64,000 nucleotides of DNA from Carcharhinus amblyrhynchos (lineage: Eukaryota). The first letter of the stretch is position 1. The number at the start of each line of letters is the position of its first letter. Both the position numbers and the translations under genes were made by a program. The stretch is from assembly GCA_965287045.1 (NCBI GenBank), contig OZ336873.1, positions 21,948,001-22,012,000 on the forward strand, given 5' to 3'. This document shows positions 1-14,602 of the stretch, piece by piece. The notes beneath the pieces were generated by a model that was not told the DNA's origin, ran no database searches, and was given only the letters and a program-made list of their open reading frames with translations.

Positions 1-193
1 AAAAGTTTGTGCTATTGTGACATGGAGTCCACACAGCTTAATGACAGGAAAAGGGATTGAATACACTGCTGGGTCAATAATAATTCTATTTTAATTTCTC
101 AATCAGAAATGCTAATACTGCAGTGTTATAAACAATACTGTGACATTTGCAATCCTGATCATTACCATCAATCATAGTACAAATAAAATCTCA

Positions 194-436
<243 letters not shown>

Positions 437-597
437 CTAGAAGTCTAAAACAAATTGAACAGATCAAACAATTGATTACATAATCTCGTTTGTTAAGGCA
501 TTTATTTTCCTAATGAATAAATATTGAAAATCAAGTTTGATTAGACAATCGGTAGCATTCACTGTTGGCATACACATGCCAACATGGGACAAATGTA

Positions 598-684
598 CAA
601 CCTCCACAGACACAGTGATCCAAGCCAGGAATCAAACCTGGGTCCCTGGCATTGTGAGGCATCAGTGCTAACCATTGTGCCACT
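598..684 (-). mobile_element. HE1/V-SINE-type SINE, 5' fragment
   Basis: Reverse complement of the tRNA-derived head (tggcacaatggttagcac...ggtttgattcc). Confidence 0.75.
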
Positions 685-1078
685 CTATTGAATTCTCACC
701 ATTCAACTGGATACGTGCAGCTGCAATTGCACTCAAGAAACTCAACATTCTTAATCTGTGCCTCTTGCAACTGGAGTTAGTCTCCAACTTCTCTGTCACT
801 ATTTCAGGGGAGATAACCATCTTGGATTTTGTAAGTGAAGTTGACAAGTCAGTGGCATTACAGGCATTTAATATGCAGTTGGCTACCGGGGTGGGTGATC
901 TGCAGATTTATAAAACCAGTCTCGATGGACTGAATGGTTTTTCATTATCCATTATTTTTTGATATGACATAGGGCTTGAAGGCTATGCGAAATAATTTGA
1001 CTGACAATATTTCTTTCTCAAAAGTTGAAAGCAATACAATTCCAATATTTTATCCCTGTGGGCAAAAACTTATGTTCA

Positions 1079-1372
<294 letters not shown>

Positions 1373-1378
1373 TTATTC

Positions 1379-2203
1379 TGTTGTGAAATTAAGTTTGTAA
1401 AGATATAAAGAATGTTTATAAAGATGTAAAAGAATTATAAAAACTGCTGGAGGGAAAAACAATGTGTGGTCCCTTTAAAGGCTGGTTTTGTGTTCAATGC
1501 TGGGATGTTTAAGAAGCAGGCACACAGCTTACAACACTTGTAACTAGGACCAAGCATCAGGATTGCCTTGGTAACAGACTTTGCAGATTTTTGCATTTTT
1601 GACAGCCGATCAGTTTAAAGAAGACATTCAGCTAAAAGGAACGTATCAAATTTGAATTTGCTGTTGTTGTCAACAGCAGGCCAATCTGGATGGAGCAAAG
1701 TTGATAGGTCATCTTATAAAAAAATTGCCGACAATTCAGTTGAGAGCTAGCCAGAACAGAAGAACATCTCTAGAACAGCTCTCTACTCTGCCAGTGAAAG
1801 AACTATCTCTGAAGAGAAGTCTCCATCTATCTAACAAAAGGGTATCAAATCAGAAAGACCTTACCAACAAAGAAAGCAACAGACAAACTCCAAAAGCTTC
1901 TAAATGCCATCAGACCTGGTTGTACATTTTCTCTATGAGTGACTAAAATTCTGTTATTACTGTTTTGGTAGTGAATGGGCCCTTGTAGTTGTTCGAACGG
2001 CATTACAGTCGAACTTCCCTTCAATTAGTATGTTACTTGTTTAATTAAAGTTCCGGTTGGTTAAACAAAATAACTTGTTAATTATTCACTTAAAGTGAAT
2101 GTCAGGTCTTTATGTTAATTAACCTCTAAATGTTAACACTTTCCCAAACATTTTTACCAGATTATGAAGCAAGGTAAAGGGAATTAATCTCTGCGTCATA
2201 ACA
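1379..2203. mobile_element. Probable solo LTR
   Basis: TGTTGTGA...TCATAACA ends, ~825 bp; no clear TSD. Confidence 0.45.
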
Positions 2204-2941
2204 GCTCATGTCTCAAAATGTTATTTTACACAACCTATATTGTTTATAGCTGCAAGACCCAACAATTCTTTTTGGTCAAATTTAATACTGCTCACAAAAA
2301 TAAATTGATCCAAATAAAATGTTTTCAGTACATTTAGTTTGAGGTCTATATTAATACTGAAAATTTTAAGTGAATGTAAAAAGATTGCTTTCTATTTCTG
2401 TAATGTTCATGGCACAATTTGTCAATTACAAAATTATTCTGCACCTCTGTAGATCAGAAGAAACTTCTTTCTAAACTTTAGTATCAAGCAGGTGAAAAAG
2501 GTCAGACTTGTCGGGTAGTGACTTCAATAGATTGATAATTTGGAAGAGCAAGGTACTAGTGAAACAGTTTTGGGAACAGTTTTCCATTCTCTTTTAGTCT
2601 ACACCATAGTTACTTTAGTTATCAAGTAATTTGTACAAAATTGTTAAGTTTCCATTCTATCTTTATTCTGTTAAAAAAGCTTATTTGAAATTAAAAAGTT
2701 GAAAAGGCTTTCTGCATTGTCATGCCAAATTTTTTCTACTCTGAAGAGGTTGATTTTTACCAACCGAAGTCTCTGCTACTTGACCCAATCTCTCTCGTCA
2801 CATGTGGATGTTGGCAAGCTATACGACTGAGTAGGCGTCATCCAGCATTCACAAATATGCACAATCCAGGAGTTGTCACTGGATATCTTTCAAGGAGTGT
2901 GATATGCACATAAGAGAATTACAGAAAATTACTTGTAGTTA

Positions 2942-3067
<126 letters not shown>

Positions 3068-4278
3068 TCAATAAAGAGGCAAGAAACATTAATATAGTGA
3101 AAAAATCATGGCAGCTAAATATATATTTGTAACAACAAAAAATGTACTGTACTGCTCTTGCTTTGTTTTAATGCTTCTTGTTCTAACTGGTTGATAGTTT
3201 AAAAATTAGGGTGGTACGTTCTTATCTCTCAGAGTGATGCTCTATTTAAATCAACTGTGCAGAAGACACAGAAATAAGCAGTCAGCGTTCATTTTAAAGC
3301 TATTTTCTTTCCTTCCATACTTCATTACCTAGCCCAAAGCAAGAAAGTAATTTTGTTTTTCTGCTAATGACACTTTATGAGCGACAACAAATGTGTGCGT
3401 AAATGTCTGGAGATTGGGGTTTCCATTTTCTTCCCCTATCTCTAGGGAAGTAAATGTGCTCTACCAAGCATTTCCTACAAATAATCTGACCAATAATGGA
3501 ACTTAACCAAAACTATCTTCATATTTTGTGAAACAAAGCAAATACTGTATTTCATGCAATAGGACAAACAGACACACTCTCAGTAATATTGAATTATTGG
3601 GAGGCAAGGCTACAACTTTTGCAAAATGTGCTTTTGTGAAATTTATGGCAGAATATCATAATTCAACATGGACTGAATCTTCCAAGGGGGGGGCAATCAC
3701 CATTGAAACACCACAGAATCCCGACAGGGCAGAAGGGGGCCATTCAGCCCACGTTGTACATCAATTCTCCGAAAGAGCATCTTACCCAGGCCCACCCTTG
3801 AATGGGGTAGGATGGCAGGTGGTTAAGGAAATAGCTTGCTAGGCAAGTGATTGAGGAAGTAGTTTGGGTTGGGGGATCCAATGGGGAGTTAGAGGATTAG
3901 TAACATAGTTATCCAGGTGGTTGAACTGGTTTTAATCTTTCTAACTTTTCCTGGGTAACTCCTGGGAAGCCAGTCAAAACCAAAGTCCAAATTTCCTGGG
4001 AACATTCCGCACAGTTAGTGCATTGGGACTTCCAAGGAGACCTCCAGCCTCTACTGGGGGTACCTCTGGTGTAGGACCATCTGGAGATCAGAAGTTCTTG
4101 GCCAATATTGTACATTTCAAGCAAAACTGCAGAAATCATTAAAAATTACCGAGATTTACCCTTTCAATAGCACCCCACAAGAATGTAATTTCAGGAACAA
4201 AGAATTGATTTTTGTTAAAATAAGATTATGTGCCTTTAAAGCCTGCAGAAATGTTGCAGTCAAATCTGTACCCTATTA

Positions 4279-4434
<156 letters not shown>

Positions 4435-4500
4435 TCAGTACCTTCTCTGCTGGTTCCAACCTCCAAGTATGCCTTTAAGGAATTGTCTACAGTCTTCTCT

Positions 4501-4890
4501 TTCATAGGATGTGGGTGTTGTTGGCAAGGGCATCTCTAATTGACCTTGAACTCAGTGGCTTGTTAGGCCATTTCAGGGAGCAGTTAAGAGTCAACCACAT
4601 TGCTGCTGGTCTGGAGTCACATGTAGGCCAGATCAGAAAGGACTGCAGGTTTCCCTCGTGAAAGGATGTTAGTGAACCATATGGGTTTTTACAAAATCAA
4701 TGATAATTTAATTATGATGATGAATCTGGTAATCCCATTACTAAGATTGGCTTTCAATTCCAGAGTTTATTAACTCAATTGAAATTCTACCAGCTACTGT
4801 GGTGAGATTTAAACCAATGTCCCCTGGGCATTTGCCTGGGCCTCTGCATTAGTAGTCAAGCAACATTACCACCAAACCACCATCTTCCCT
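4501..4890 (-). mobile_element. Second SINE family (tRNA-like head, LINE-derived tail)
   Basis: Head with A/B-box-like motifs near 4800-4885; tail resembles the LINE 3' end at 23005-23075. Confidence 0.6.
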
Positions 4891-5674
4891 CCAACATCAA
4901 AAAACAATTTGTAAATACTATTTAAGAATCAACTATTACAACCACTGCCACTCTTCTGTATACTGAGTAATGGATAAATTGATGTCTTCCCTCGCCTCCT
5001 CTCCTTACTCCTGAATCAAATCTACTTAAAAATAAAAACTTGGGTAGAGTTCCTTTTCAGCTGTAAAGATTAAAAATATTCAAGAACTAACATCCAGTAA
5101 CATGCCCACTGTCTTGAAGTCAGAAAAAAATCTTAAGATCTTGATTATATTTCCAAAACATTCCAATCAGTGGCATTTAAATTTGTGTACTGTTGAATTG
5201 GAAAATAATTCTTTCCTCAAAACATAAGAATTTAAAGTTTGCCTTTGCAATTACATTTGCTACCAAACTAACTAGAAACCAACATCAAAAATTTGAAATG
5301 AAAGCTTGATCATACCAGGAAGCCTAAACCTTTTCACAAGTACAAGTGGTTGTAAATTGACAATAATGGATGATGAATCAATGTTTATGGTTGTTCTGCA
5401 TAATGGAAGAAATTAAAATAATATGATGATTTTTGTACAATAACCATAGACCACCTCATTGGGTGTATTTTTTCACTTCTGATTTCATATTATATAAACA
5501 TGAAACTTAAGTATAAGAAGAAATATAGCAACTGATAATCTGCAAAAAAAATCAGATACACGTGCGGAATTCACATTACCTCACCAAAAAGCACTGAATT
5601 TGCTTTCCAGTTTCTTCTCATGAGCTGAAAGTTATAGTTCTAAGAGCTCAGAGTTTGGATTATGCAATAGGTTA

Positions 5675-5821
<147 letters not shown>

Positions 5822-6779
5822 CTAGATGGAGAGGGCACATTTTAATTAGAACAAAGCAGCAGTTCTGCTTATAAATAAAATAATCCTCATGCACATTACC
5901 CTGGTATCAACAATTTAGTCCACAGCTAGGCTCAAATCCTCATCCTAATTATTTATCTAGCTGGAGGGAGGTTAGAACTACCCAATTTATCTATTTTAAC
6001 CACAACAGATCTGTATGTTCACCTCAATCTGTCATTTGAGATGCCATAAAATGTCATCTTCAGACTAATATCTCCTTCAGGTGACAAGAGGCAAGCATCA
6101 TTGTTTCTATATTGCTCTTTATCCAGAGAAAAATCAGCTTCGGACATGCATGATTAGATCCATGCAGAGAGTTCCAATCTCAAAAGAGCAATTTATAAAA
6201 ATGATCAACTTGACGCTTAGCTAACATTAAAAATATTAAAGAAAGGTTGAAATACAGCCCACTATTCTTGATGAGAAAATGAGTCTGGCCTCCAAATCCC
6301 ACATAGGTCCCAGGCAACCTGACTGCTACTCTGAATTCCTTAGCCATACGCTTTTTCTTCGACATTAGATTTATGCAATATAAAATTATTAATGGTGTGT
6401 CCACTCGTGTACATACTGGCTACTGCTGCAGATCCAAGCACTTCCACTCTTCAAATCAAACAATGAAATCATCCTACTATTTTAAGTTTTTCCTCAAACG
6501 TAAGAACTCCTTTTTTCAACACCCAACTCCCTTTTCCAACCTATACTGCTATTCAACTTACCTGTAATGCCAAGTGTGAGGGATATGGATTTTGCTATCC
6601 TGATTTTATAATTCTCAACCCGGTTTCAAAATCGCTCCACGACCTCAGTTCTCCCTATCTCTATAACCTCCTTTAGTCCTACAGCCCTTCACGATCTCTG
6701 CACTTCTCCAATTCTAGCATTTTATGCATTCTCAATTTCACTGCTTCACTCTATCTGTTACTTTCACAGATGTGAGCAC

Positions 6780-7420
6780 TTGGACAAATACGAGCTGCTC
6801 AGAGTGTGCCACCATGGATTTGTAAACAGTATGCCACAGTTAACAAATCAAGTTGAATTCTTTGAGGAGGTAACTAACATAACATGTTAAGAAGCATTTA
6901 CATGAATTCGCAGAGGCATTTGACAAGATTTCATTCCAGTGGGCAGTGAAAAAAACAAGAGTGCATGGAATTGGAGGCATCTATAGGCTTGGGTAGTGAA
7001 TCAGTTAGGGGGCAGGAGATAGAGAGCAAGAGTAATGCACATTCAAATTATCAGGATCTAACTAGTCGTGCAACTAGCTACTCCAGAGCCCTGAACCAGA
7101 GCCACAGCTTTATTTACATATGATTTGGATAAAGGAATAGAGATTTGTAAATCCAAATTTGCAGATTAAACTACATCAGGTGACAAAGGAAATAGTACAG
7201 ATGGGAGAAAAATGTGACAATGGGGTACTCAGATTAAGGTGAATGGGCAAAACAATGACTGATGCAACTCAATGTAGCTCAAAGCATGAAACCATTCATT
7301 TTGACCTATAAGCAGAGGGCAAATATAGAATTCACTAAAAGTGAATGGGCAGATGCAAAAATTAAAAAAGCTAATGGAATGTGAGATTTTATCTCAAGTG
7401 GACTGGAATACAAAGGGATA
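6780..7420 (+). mobile_element. Old decayed CR1 LINE RT fragment
   Basis: Relics of EFFEEVT, AFDK and SKFAD motifs. Confidence 0.65.
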
Positions 7421-7689
7421 GGGTTCAAGATTGAGCCTACTCAGTCTGGCTCATTTCTCTTGAGTAGCAATTTATGTTCCTTTGATTTACTCACCCCCAA
7501 ATTAACTCTCTTGCCGCAATGTTTATCATAGGCTCCCTTCCTAGTAAAGATCATTGAAAGCTCTCAGGAATGATACAACATTAAATAACTGGGAAGTAGC
7601 AAATAAAGTTATTAAATTCTTCCCATGTTCACAAAGGAGACCAAGGCATTCTGCCCACCAAAAAAAAGCTGAATTTGTATGACAATTTG

Positions 7690-8050
7690 AGAAAGTACTG
7701 GAATTTCCATTGACAGAAGTTGGGGTGATTTTGGACTGAAGGTGATGCTGATTGAACAATTTTCCATCTTTTCCACACATTATCTTCATGCCTGTGGGAA
7801 ATTTGCTGGAGGTGAGGTGCAACGTTGCAAAGCAGAAAATGAAGAAGACAGTTGGTGTAACGACACAGCCTTGTTTTACCCATTTCCACTGAGAGGTAGC
7901 GTTTGTGGTAGTTCCATTGGTGAGGATCATGGCATCCACCTCATCATGGAGGAGGTGGAGGGTGGTGACAAATTTCTGATGGCAACCAAATCTGAGAATA
8001 CCCCATGCACTTTTTTTGTATTTGCCATACAGTGAGCCTCTTGTCTCAGT
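7690..8050 (-). mobile_element. RTE-clade LINE RT fragment
   Basis: FGCHQKFV...VKQGCVVTPTVFFIF...DGKLFN. Confidence 0.7.
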
Positions 8051-8749
8051 TAGCACCTCGCTGCTTATGGTATAGAATTTCACACTAAAGCAAAGCACAA
8101 AGTGGAGTGGATAAGGGGTAAAGAGGAGATGGAATCAAAATAGGAGACAGACACAACAGATAGAAAGGAAGCCAGACAGATGGAGTAGAGATTTCAGAAA
8201 GTACATATATACATACTTTCACATTTAGTCATGTATAACCAATAAGACTATATAGGACAATTATTATTAATGTGGAACATATCTTCTTCAAAAAAGAAAA
8301 TTTGTTGATCTGCTTTTATTCAATTATAAATTAAGCTATACTTCTTCAACATCATAAAATGGAGTTAGTCAACATTTTTTCACAATAATTTCAGTGAAAA
8401 TCCTTGCTTAGCACTGCTAAAATCAATGTGAGGAAAAAATACACTATGACAGTTGCCTTTTTGAACACAAAAAATAGTTTCATTTGGTCATTTATTTTGT
8501 TTATTGAAAAGGAAATATTTCTCTACTGACTGCCAAATGACCATGACAATGAGTCAGCACTTAGTACAGTCAATTTGGCAACTATTCTCCCCAGACTACC
8601 TTTCCAATCATTTCTTCCAATTGATCCTGAGAGGCACTTACTGTGATGGAATGCACCTCTTTCTGACTTGCCTTATATTCTGAGTTTTATTAAGAAGTGA
8701 AAGTGAAAAGATTATACTATTTTGAAACTTTTATTAACTGCACACTCGC

Positions 8750-8860
8750 CTCAATGTCTTCCTGGCCTGGCATAAATATTAATATATCACCCGGAACAGT
8801 TGATAGGTGAATCTGAAGAGCTTGTTTAACTCCTCCTTCCACATAATCCTCTGTGGGAGT
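8750..8860 (-). CDS. DHX38: DHX38 exon 16 (motif IV), GC splice donor
   Basis: cag| [37 protein letters not shown] |gcgagt; 111 nt. Confidence 0.92.
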
Positions 8861-9509
8861 CTGTAAAAATACACAGAAACAAAGTATACCCATAAGTAGC
8901 ATGTAACACATCAGTCAAAGTCAAGATTTTAAACCATTTGAACTCAATTCTTGGATCTATCTAGACTGGCCAAGCCAAAATTTCAAAACAGTCGTTTTAA
9001 ATTTTGGCTAGTGGGCAGCTACAACTTGAGAACAACAAAAGTGACCAATTTTATTAATTTAGTAAATAAAAGTTGATCTCATATGGCATTTCACAGTGAC
9101 AGTACGGTGGATTTATTATACTGGGAAACTAACTGATTTATGCAAATTTCATAAAAAGTTAATCTAGCTAATAAATTAATAATGAAATTAAACAAATTAA
9201 ATATGGTGATTAATTTATGAATCAAAAATTTAATGAACAAGTAATGAGAAAAGGGAATAAGGAATTAACTGAACAGTAAAACTGCATCTGAACTGCTGTT
9301 GGGTTCACTTGTTGGGATCAATGGTGGATTTCCTGATGAGTTGTGCTTTGGGACAAGTTTTGTTGGTAATTTGCACTGACTAATCAATGTGCAGAAATGC
9401 AAACGATACAAAAATGGTGAGAACAGATACAGGTTTATTAATCCATTCCAGCCAATCAACTTCACAGTAACCCACACAGGTTCCTTGAAAGAGCCAAAAG
9501 TACCCGTAG

Positions 9510-10560
9510 AAAAATAATTCTCAAAGCAGAGAGTAGGCATAAAAGGGTTATTTTCAGATTACCAACATACGATGACTGGAGTGCCACAGGGATTAGTGGG
9601 GGGGGCCTCCACTATTCACAATTTATATCTGTGACTTAAACAAAGAGACCAAAGTACATTAGCAAAATTTGCTGATGACACAAAGAAAGGTAGGAAAGTA
9701 AGTTGTGAAGATGACATAAGAATTTTGCAAAGGGATATATTCAGGTTAATTGAATGGGAAAAAAATTGGCAGATGGAGTATAATGTGGGAAACTGTAAAC
9801 CTTAGCAAGAAGAATAGAAAAGCAGCGTGTTATTTAAATGGAGACAGACTGAAGAACTCTGAGCTACAGAGGGATTGAGATGTCATGGTATATGAATCAC
9901 AAAAAGTTAGTATGCAAGTACAGCACAAGATTAGAAGGCAAATGGATGTTGCTATTTATTGAAAGGGGAATGGAATATGATAATAGAAAAGTTTTGCTAT
10001 AGTTTCACATGACACTGGGGAGACCACAACTGGAAAACTGGGGACAGTTCTGGCCTCCTTATTTAATAAAGAATAGAAATGTGTTAGCAAAAGTTCAGAG
10101 AAAGCTCAGTTGACTGACACCTGGGATGAGAGTGTGTCTTATAAGCTGGGCCTGTATCCATTGGTGTTTAGAAGAATGAAAAATTATTTTAATCAAACAT
10201 AAGATCCTGAGGGGACTTGACAGGAAGAGTACTGAAAAGATGTTTCCCCTTGTGGGAGAGACTAGGACTAGGAGGCACAGTTTAAAATGAAGGGGTCACC
10301 TGTTAAAGACAGAGATGAGAATTACTTTTATTTCTCTCGAGAGGGTCATAAATCTTTGGAACACTTCTTCTAAGAGAGGGTGGAAATAGGGTCATTGAAT
10401 ACTTTTAAGGCCAAGGTAGATATTCTTGACTACCAAGGGAGTCAAAGGTTATTGGATATAGGCAGAATGTGGAGTTGAGGCCACAATCTGATCAGCCATG
10501 ATCTTATTGGATAGTGGAGCAGGCTCGAGGGATCTAATGGCCAACTCTTTCTCCAATTTA
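9510..10560 (+). mobile_element. CR1 LINE 3' part, decayed
   Basis: GVPQG and KFADDTK motifs; CR1 3' tail gatcagccatgatcttattg...gcaggctcgaggg. Confidence 0.85.
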
Positions 10561-11869
10561 TATATACATGTGTATGCTCACATGTTTTGGTAATGCTAGA
10601 AATGTTAAGCTTTATCTGCTAATGCTGAAAACTAAGAAAATATGGCACAGGAAGTCTTGCATAATTTATACATGGCATTGTTATCAAAGTTGTAGCATCG
10701 CTCACAGTTAGTTGGGTTATATAATTATCACACGTATTATAATGCATATTTTATTATTTCGCTACGAAATTGGTTCTGTCCCCTTAATTAAAATTAACTT
10801 CCATTTAAAAAACTCAGGTCAACTATTTGAAGTCAATTTAGAGTTTAATTTTTTTTTAAGTTGCAAGTCAGAACCTGATTTGAAATGACTAACTTTCATT
10901 CCTTTCTTTAAATAAACACGTAGATTATACTGGCCACATATTAACAAGGCATTTGCTATTGGTGCAAGATGTTTGTCTACATTCCAAATATTTGGCTTTG
11001 TTTTTTTGAGAAAAAAATAATATGGAAAGAGAATTTAATGTCTGCAAACAAAATATAGCTACGGTTAAGTGTAACTATCACGTATCACGCAAGAACTGCA
11101 TACAAAGGTATAACTGCTGCAATAATCTAAGCTCAAAGCTGCTTTTAAAAGTGAATATTGTGAATAAAAATGAATATTCATCTATTACCTAATAGTGTAA
11201 AAAGGCAACAATTTGCTTAGAATAAGTTGGTTTTGGAATTTTACAATAAAACTCCATAAACACTGCACCTCAAGCATTCTCAATACATTGTATTGTGTTG
11301 CAGAAACTTATTTAATAGATGGAGGCAGTGGCTTTGTAACTTTTTATTAATTGCACATTGTTAAATATATGTGCAATATATACATTCAGTAAATACTTAA
11401 AGCAATTACATAATATCCAGTGCTCAGTATTAAGATGAGATTTTTTAATAAGTTATTATTAAGCTTTTACATAGCCAATCCCTCCCTATGTTTTTACCTG
11501 AATAACATTATTTCAATGCAGAGCAACTGATTTGGACATAGTGCCATTGATCTTCATACAAACTATCCATTTAAAAACATTTTGACAGAAGCACCTCAGA
11601 AAGATTTGGCAGGTATTTCAGTCCAATGCATCTAACAAGATATATAAATTATACACCAGGAAATTTCCTTATGTCAAATTACTCCAGACTTCAAAAATAG
11701 GTTTCAAAACTGAATCATTCATTTATTGGGGCCGGAACCAAGCTTATTTTTTTCTGTTCAAATTAACTGACAGTTTTTATGATGTTTAAGAATTTGCAGA
11801 GAAATTAACTATTAATGGTTATTGATGATGAATATTTATAAAGAAACAAGTGTGACAATATGAATGAAG

Positions 11870-12150
11870 CAAGCATTTGAAACAAATATGAAGAGAAATT
11901 TATTCTCTGAAAGGATTCCTAATGTGTGCAATTCTCTAACTCGGAGAGCAATGGAGGCTGGGTCATTGAGTATGTTTAAGGTTGAGTTAGATACATTTTT
12001 GATCTACAAGGAAGTCAAAGGGTGTGAAGGTAAGGCAGGAAAGCAGAGTTATGGTCACAATCAGATAAGCCATGATCTTATTGAAGGGCAGAGCAGGCTC
12101 AAGGGACCAAATTCCCTACTGCTGTTCCTATTTTTATATTCTAATATTTA
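11870..12150 (+). mobile_element. CR1 3' end fragment
   Basis: C-terminal NSL...EAGSL..FKVELD plus 3' UTR. Confidence 0.75.
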
Positions 12151-12208
12151 TGTTTTGTGCTTCCATTCCCTTCGTCTATTACTCCCGAGTTCCACATAGT
12201 CACACGTA

Positions 12209-12731
12209 GGGCCCGATTTTATCATTTGGAGTCTAAGGACTGGATCCAAGTGTAATGCAGATCTGAGCCCGGAATCCTCTTTGCAGCACACCCATATGCT
12301 TTTGCTGGCTCTGGTGCGATTCGTGCTGTGGGCGGGGCTTAGTGCTTTTGGAATGATCGGAGCTCTGAACTACGCTTGCGCACTTCGAAAAGAATTTGGA
12401 AAAGCACGCCCAGGCCGGGAAAGGAAAAAGCAGAAAGAGCAGCTCTGTGACCCAGGTCATCCTCTTTTGGGCAGGGGGGGCGCACGGCAGGAGGAAAAGG
12501 TGGGTCAGATGTACCTCGGCAGGGGGGCTGACCGTTGTCTGGTGGTGGGGGAGAGGCCCAATCGTTCACTGATTTGGGGGGGTGCGCCGGATAGATCTCT
12601 GGTGGGGGGGAACAGGGGGTCCGCTGCCACTCTGCAGGTGATCCCTCCTCCCCACCGGAGGAACAACCCCCTCTTCCCCGAATGGACGTGCGATGTGTGT
12701 GGGTAGCAGGGGGTGGATAAGTTGGACAGTG

Positions 12732-12776
<45 letters not shown>

Positions 12777-13147
12777 TTATCCACCCCCCCACTACCCACA
12801 CACATCTTTGTCCCCCTTATCCACCCCTCCCCCCCACCCCACTACCCACACATATCACTGTTCCCCTTATCCACTCCCCCCCCGCTACCCACATGTTCAC
12901 TCAAGGAGAAGAGATTCGTCCCTCCAGTGGGGAGGAGGGATCGCCCGCAGAGTGGCAGCGGACACCCCTGCACCGCATCCCCCCCCACCCCAACCAAAGA
13001 TCCATCCCCCACACCCCCCGCAACAGACAACGATCAGCCCTCACGCATCCCCCTCCACCCCAAGAGATACATCTGACCCACCGACTGCCTCTCCCTCCCC
13101 CCAGAGGATGCTCTGAACCCCTCCAAACTGTTGGTAAAATCGGGGCA
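12209..13147. mobile_element. GC-rich MITE/foldback element (Harbinger-like termini)
   Basis: TIRs gggcccgattttatca / tggtaaaatcggggc; long internal inverted arms. Confidence 0.7.
12735..12775. repeat. (TG)n microsatellite
   Basis: About 20 perfect TG units. Confidence 0.95.
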
Positions 13148-13466
13148 TAGTGTTTTATGCTGTACTTCGTTTCAGAACTATTATTGTGAAATATTCCCAC
13201 CCCCTGGAGGCACAGTGCCATGCAAAGAAAACATTCCTATGTCACTGGTTATTGCAGGGTACTGTTTTGTTTGCATCATGGATGGGTTCAGCCTCAAAGT
13301 GCTGGCCTTTACATATCTTCCCTATAAACTGCGGAAATTCACAACCAGAAATTAAAAGTCACAAGAAATACTACTAAATCAATCTATTTGTGCAGTTGTT
13401 TTTGTGCCACCACCAGTACTCAAAAATTTACCCTTGAATTCTAAATATAGTGGATTCCAAAGCTTA

Positions 13467-13706
<240 letters not shown>

Positions 13707-13749
13707 CTAGGAAAAGTTGGATAAAAGAAGAATTAATTAACCTTCACAA

Positions 13750-14037
13750 ACACAGAATCCCAACAGTGCAGAAGGAGGCCATTCAACCCATCAAATCTAC
13801 ACTGACCACAATCCCACCCAAGTCCTACTCCCGCAAGCCCACATATTTATTCTGATAATCCTCTGACACTAGGATCAATTTAGCATGGCCAATCAATCTA
13901 ACTCACATATCTTTGGACTGTGGGAGGAAACCCATGCAGACACGGGAAGCATGTGCAGACTCCACAGAGAGTAACCCGAGGAATTGAATCTGGGTCCCTG
14001 GCACTGTGAGGCAGCAGTGCTATCCACTCTACCACCA
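13750..14037 (-). mobile_element. HE1/V-SINE-type SINE
   Basis: tRNA head, V-domain (tggagtctgcacatg...cctcccacagtccaaagatatg) and CR1-like tail. Confidence 0.85.
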
Positions 14038-14407
14038 AGGTTTCAAAATAATTAAAGCAGCACATCTGGTTATGTCGTGCAATGCCTGTGTGACATACTA
14101 ACATACAGCACAAGAAGACGGCAGCATATGACAGATGTGGCACAGATTCGCCTCACCACAATTTCCAAATCTCAGCTGAGGAAATTCTGTAAAAGATAGT
14201 GGAGGAAACGGAAACTGAGCCATCTCATGTCTCTCTTGCACACCAGACAGCCATTGTGGAACAATTGCTTACCATATCGAAATGGAAATTATATTTGGTA
14301 TAAAGTGTTATTGGGATGGAAAAGATGAAAATGCTTAACAAACAAAAGAAATATAAAATAGCTCAAGGGATTTTTTTCTCGATATTGCTACCTTAATGTC
14401 TCAGCTA

Positions 14408-14602
<195 letters not shown>

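Noticed and set aside
12233-13221. Cluster of overlapping 60-145 aa ORFs
   Set aside because: Products of a GC-rich MITE and the TG repeat (THTHTH/CVCVCV); no domain or splice context.
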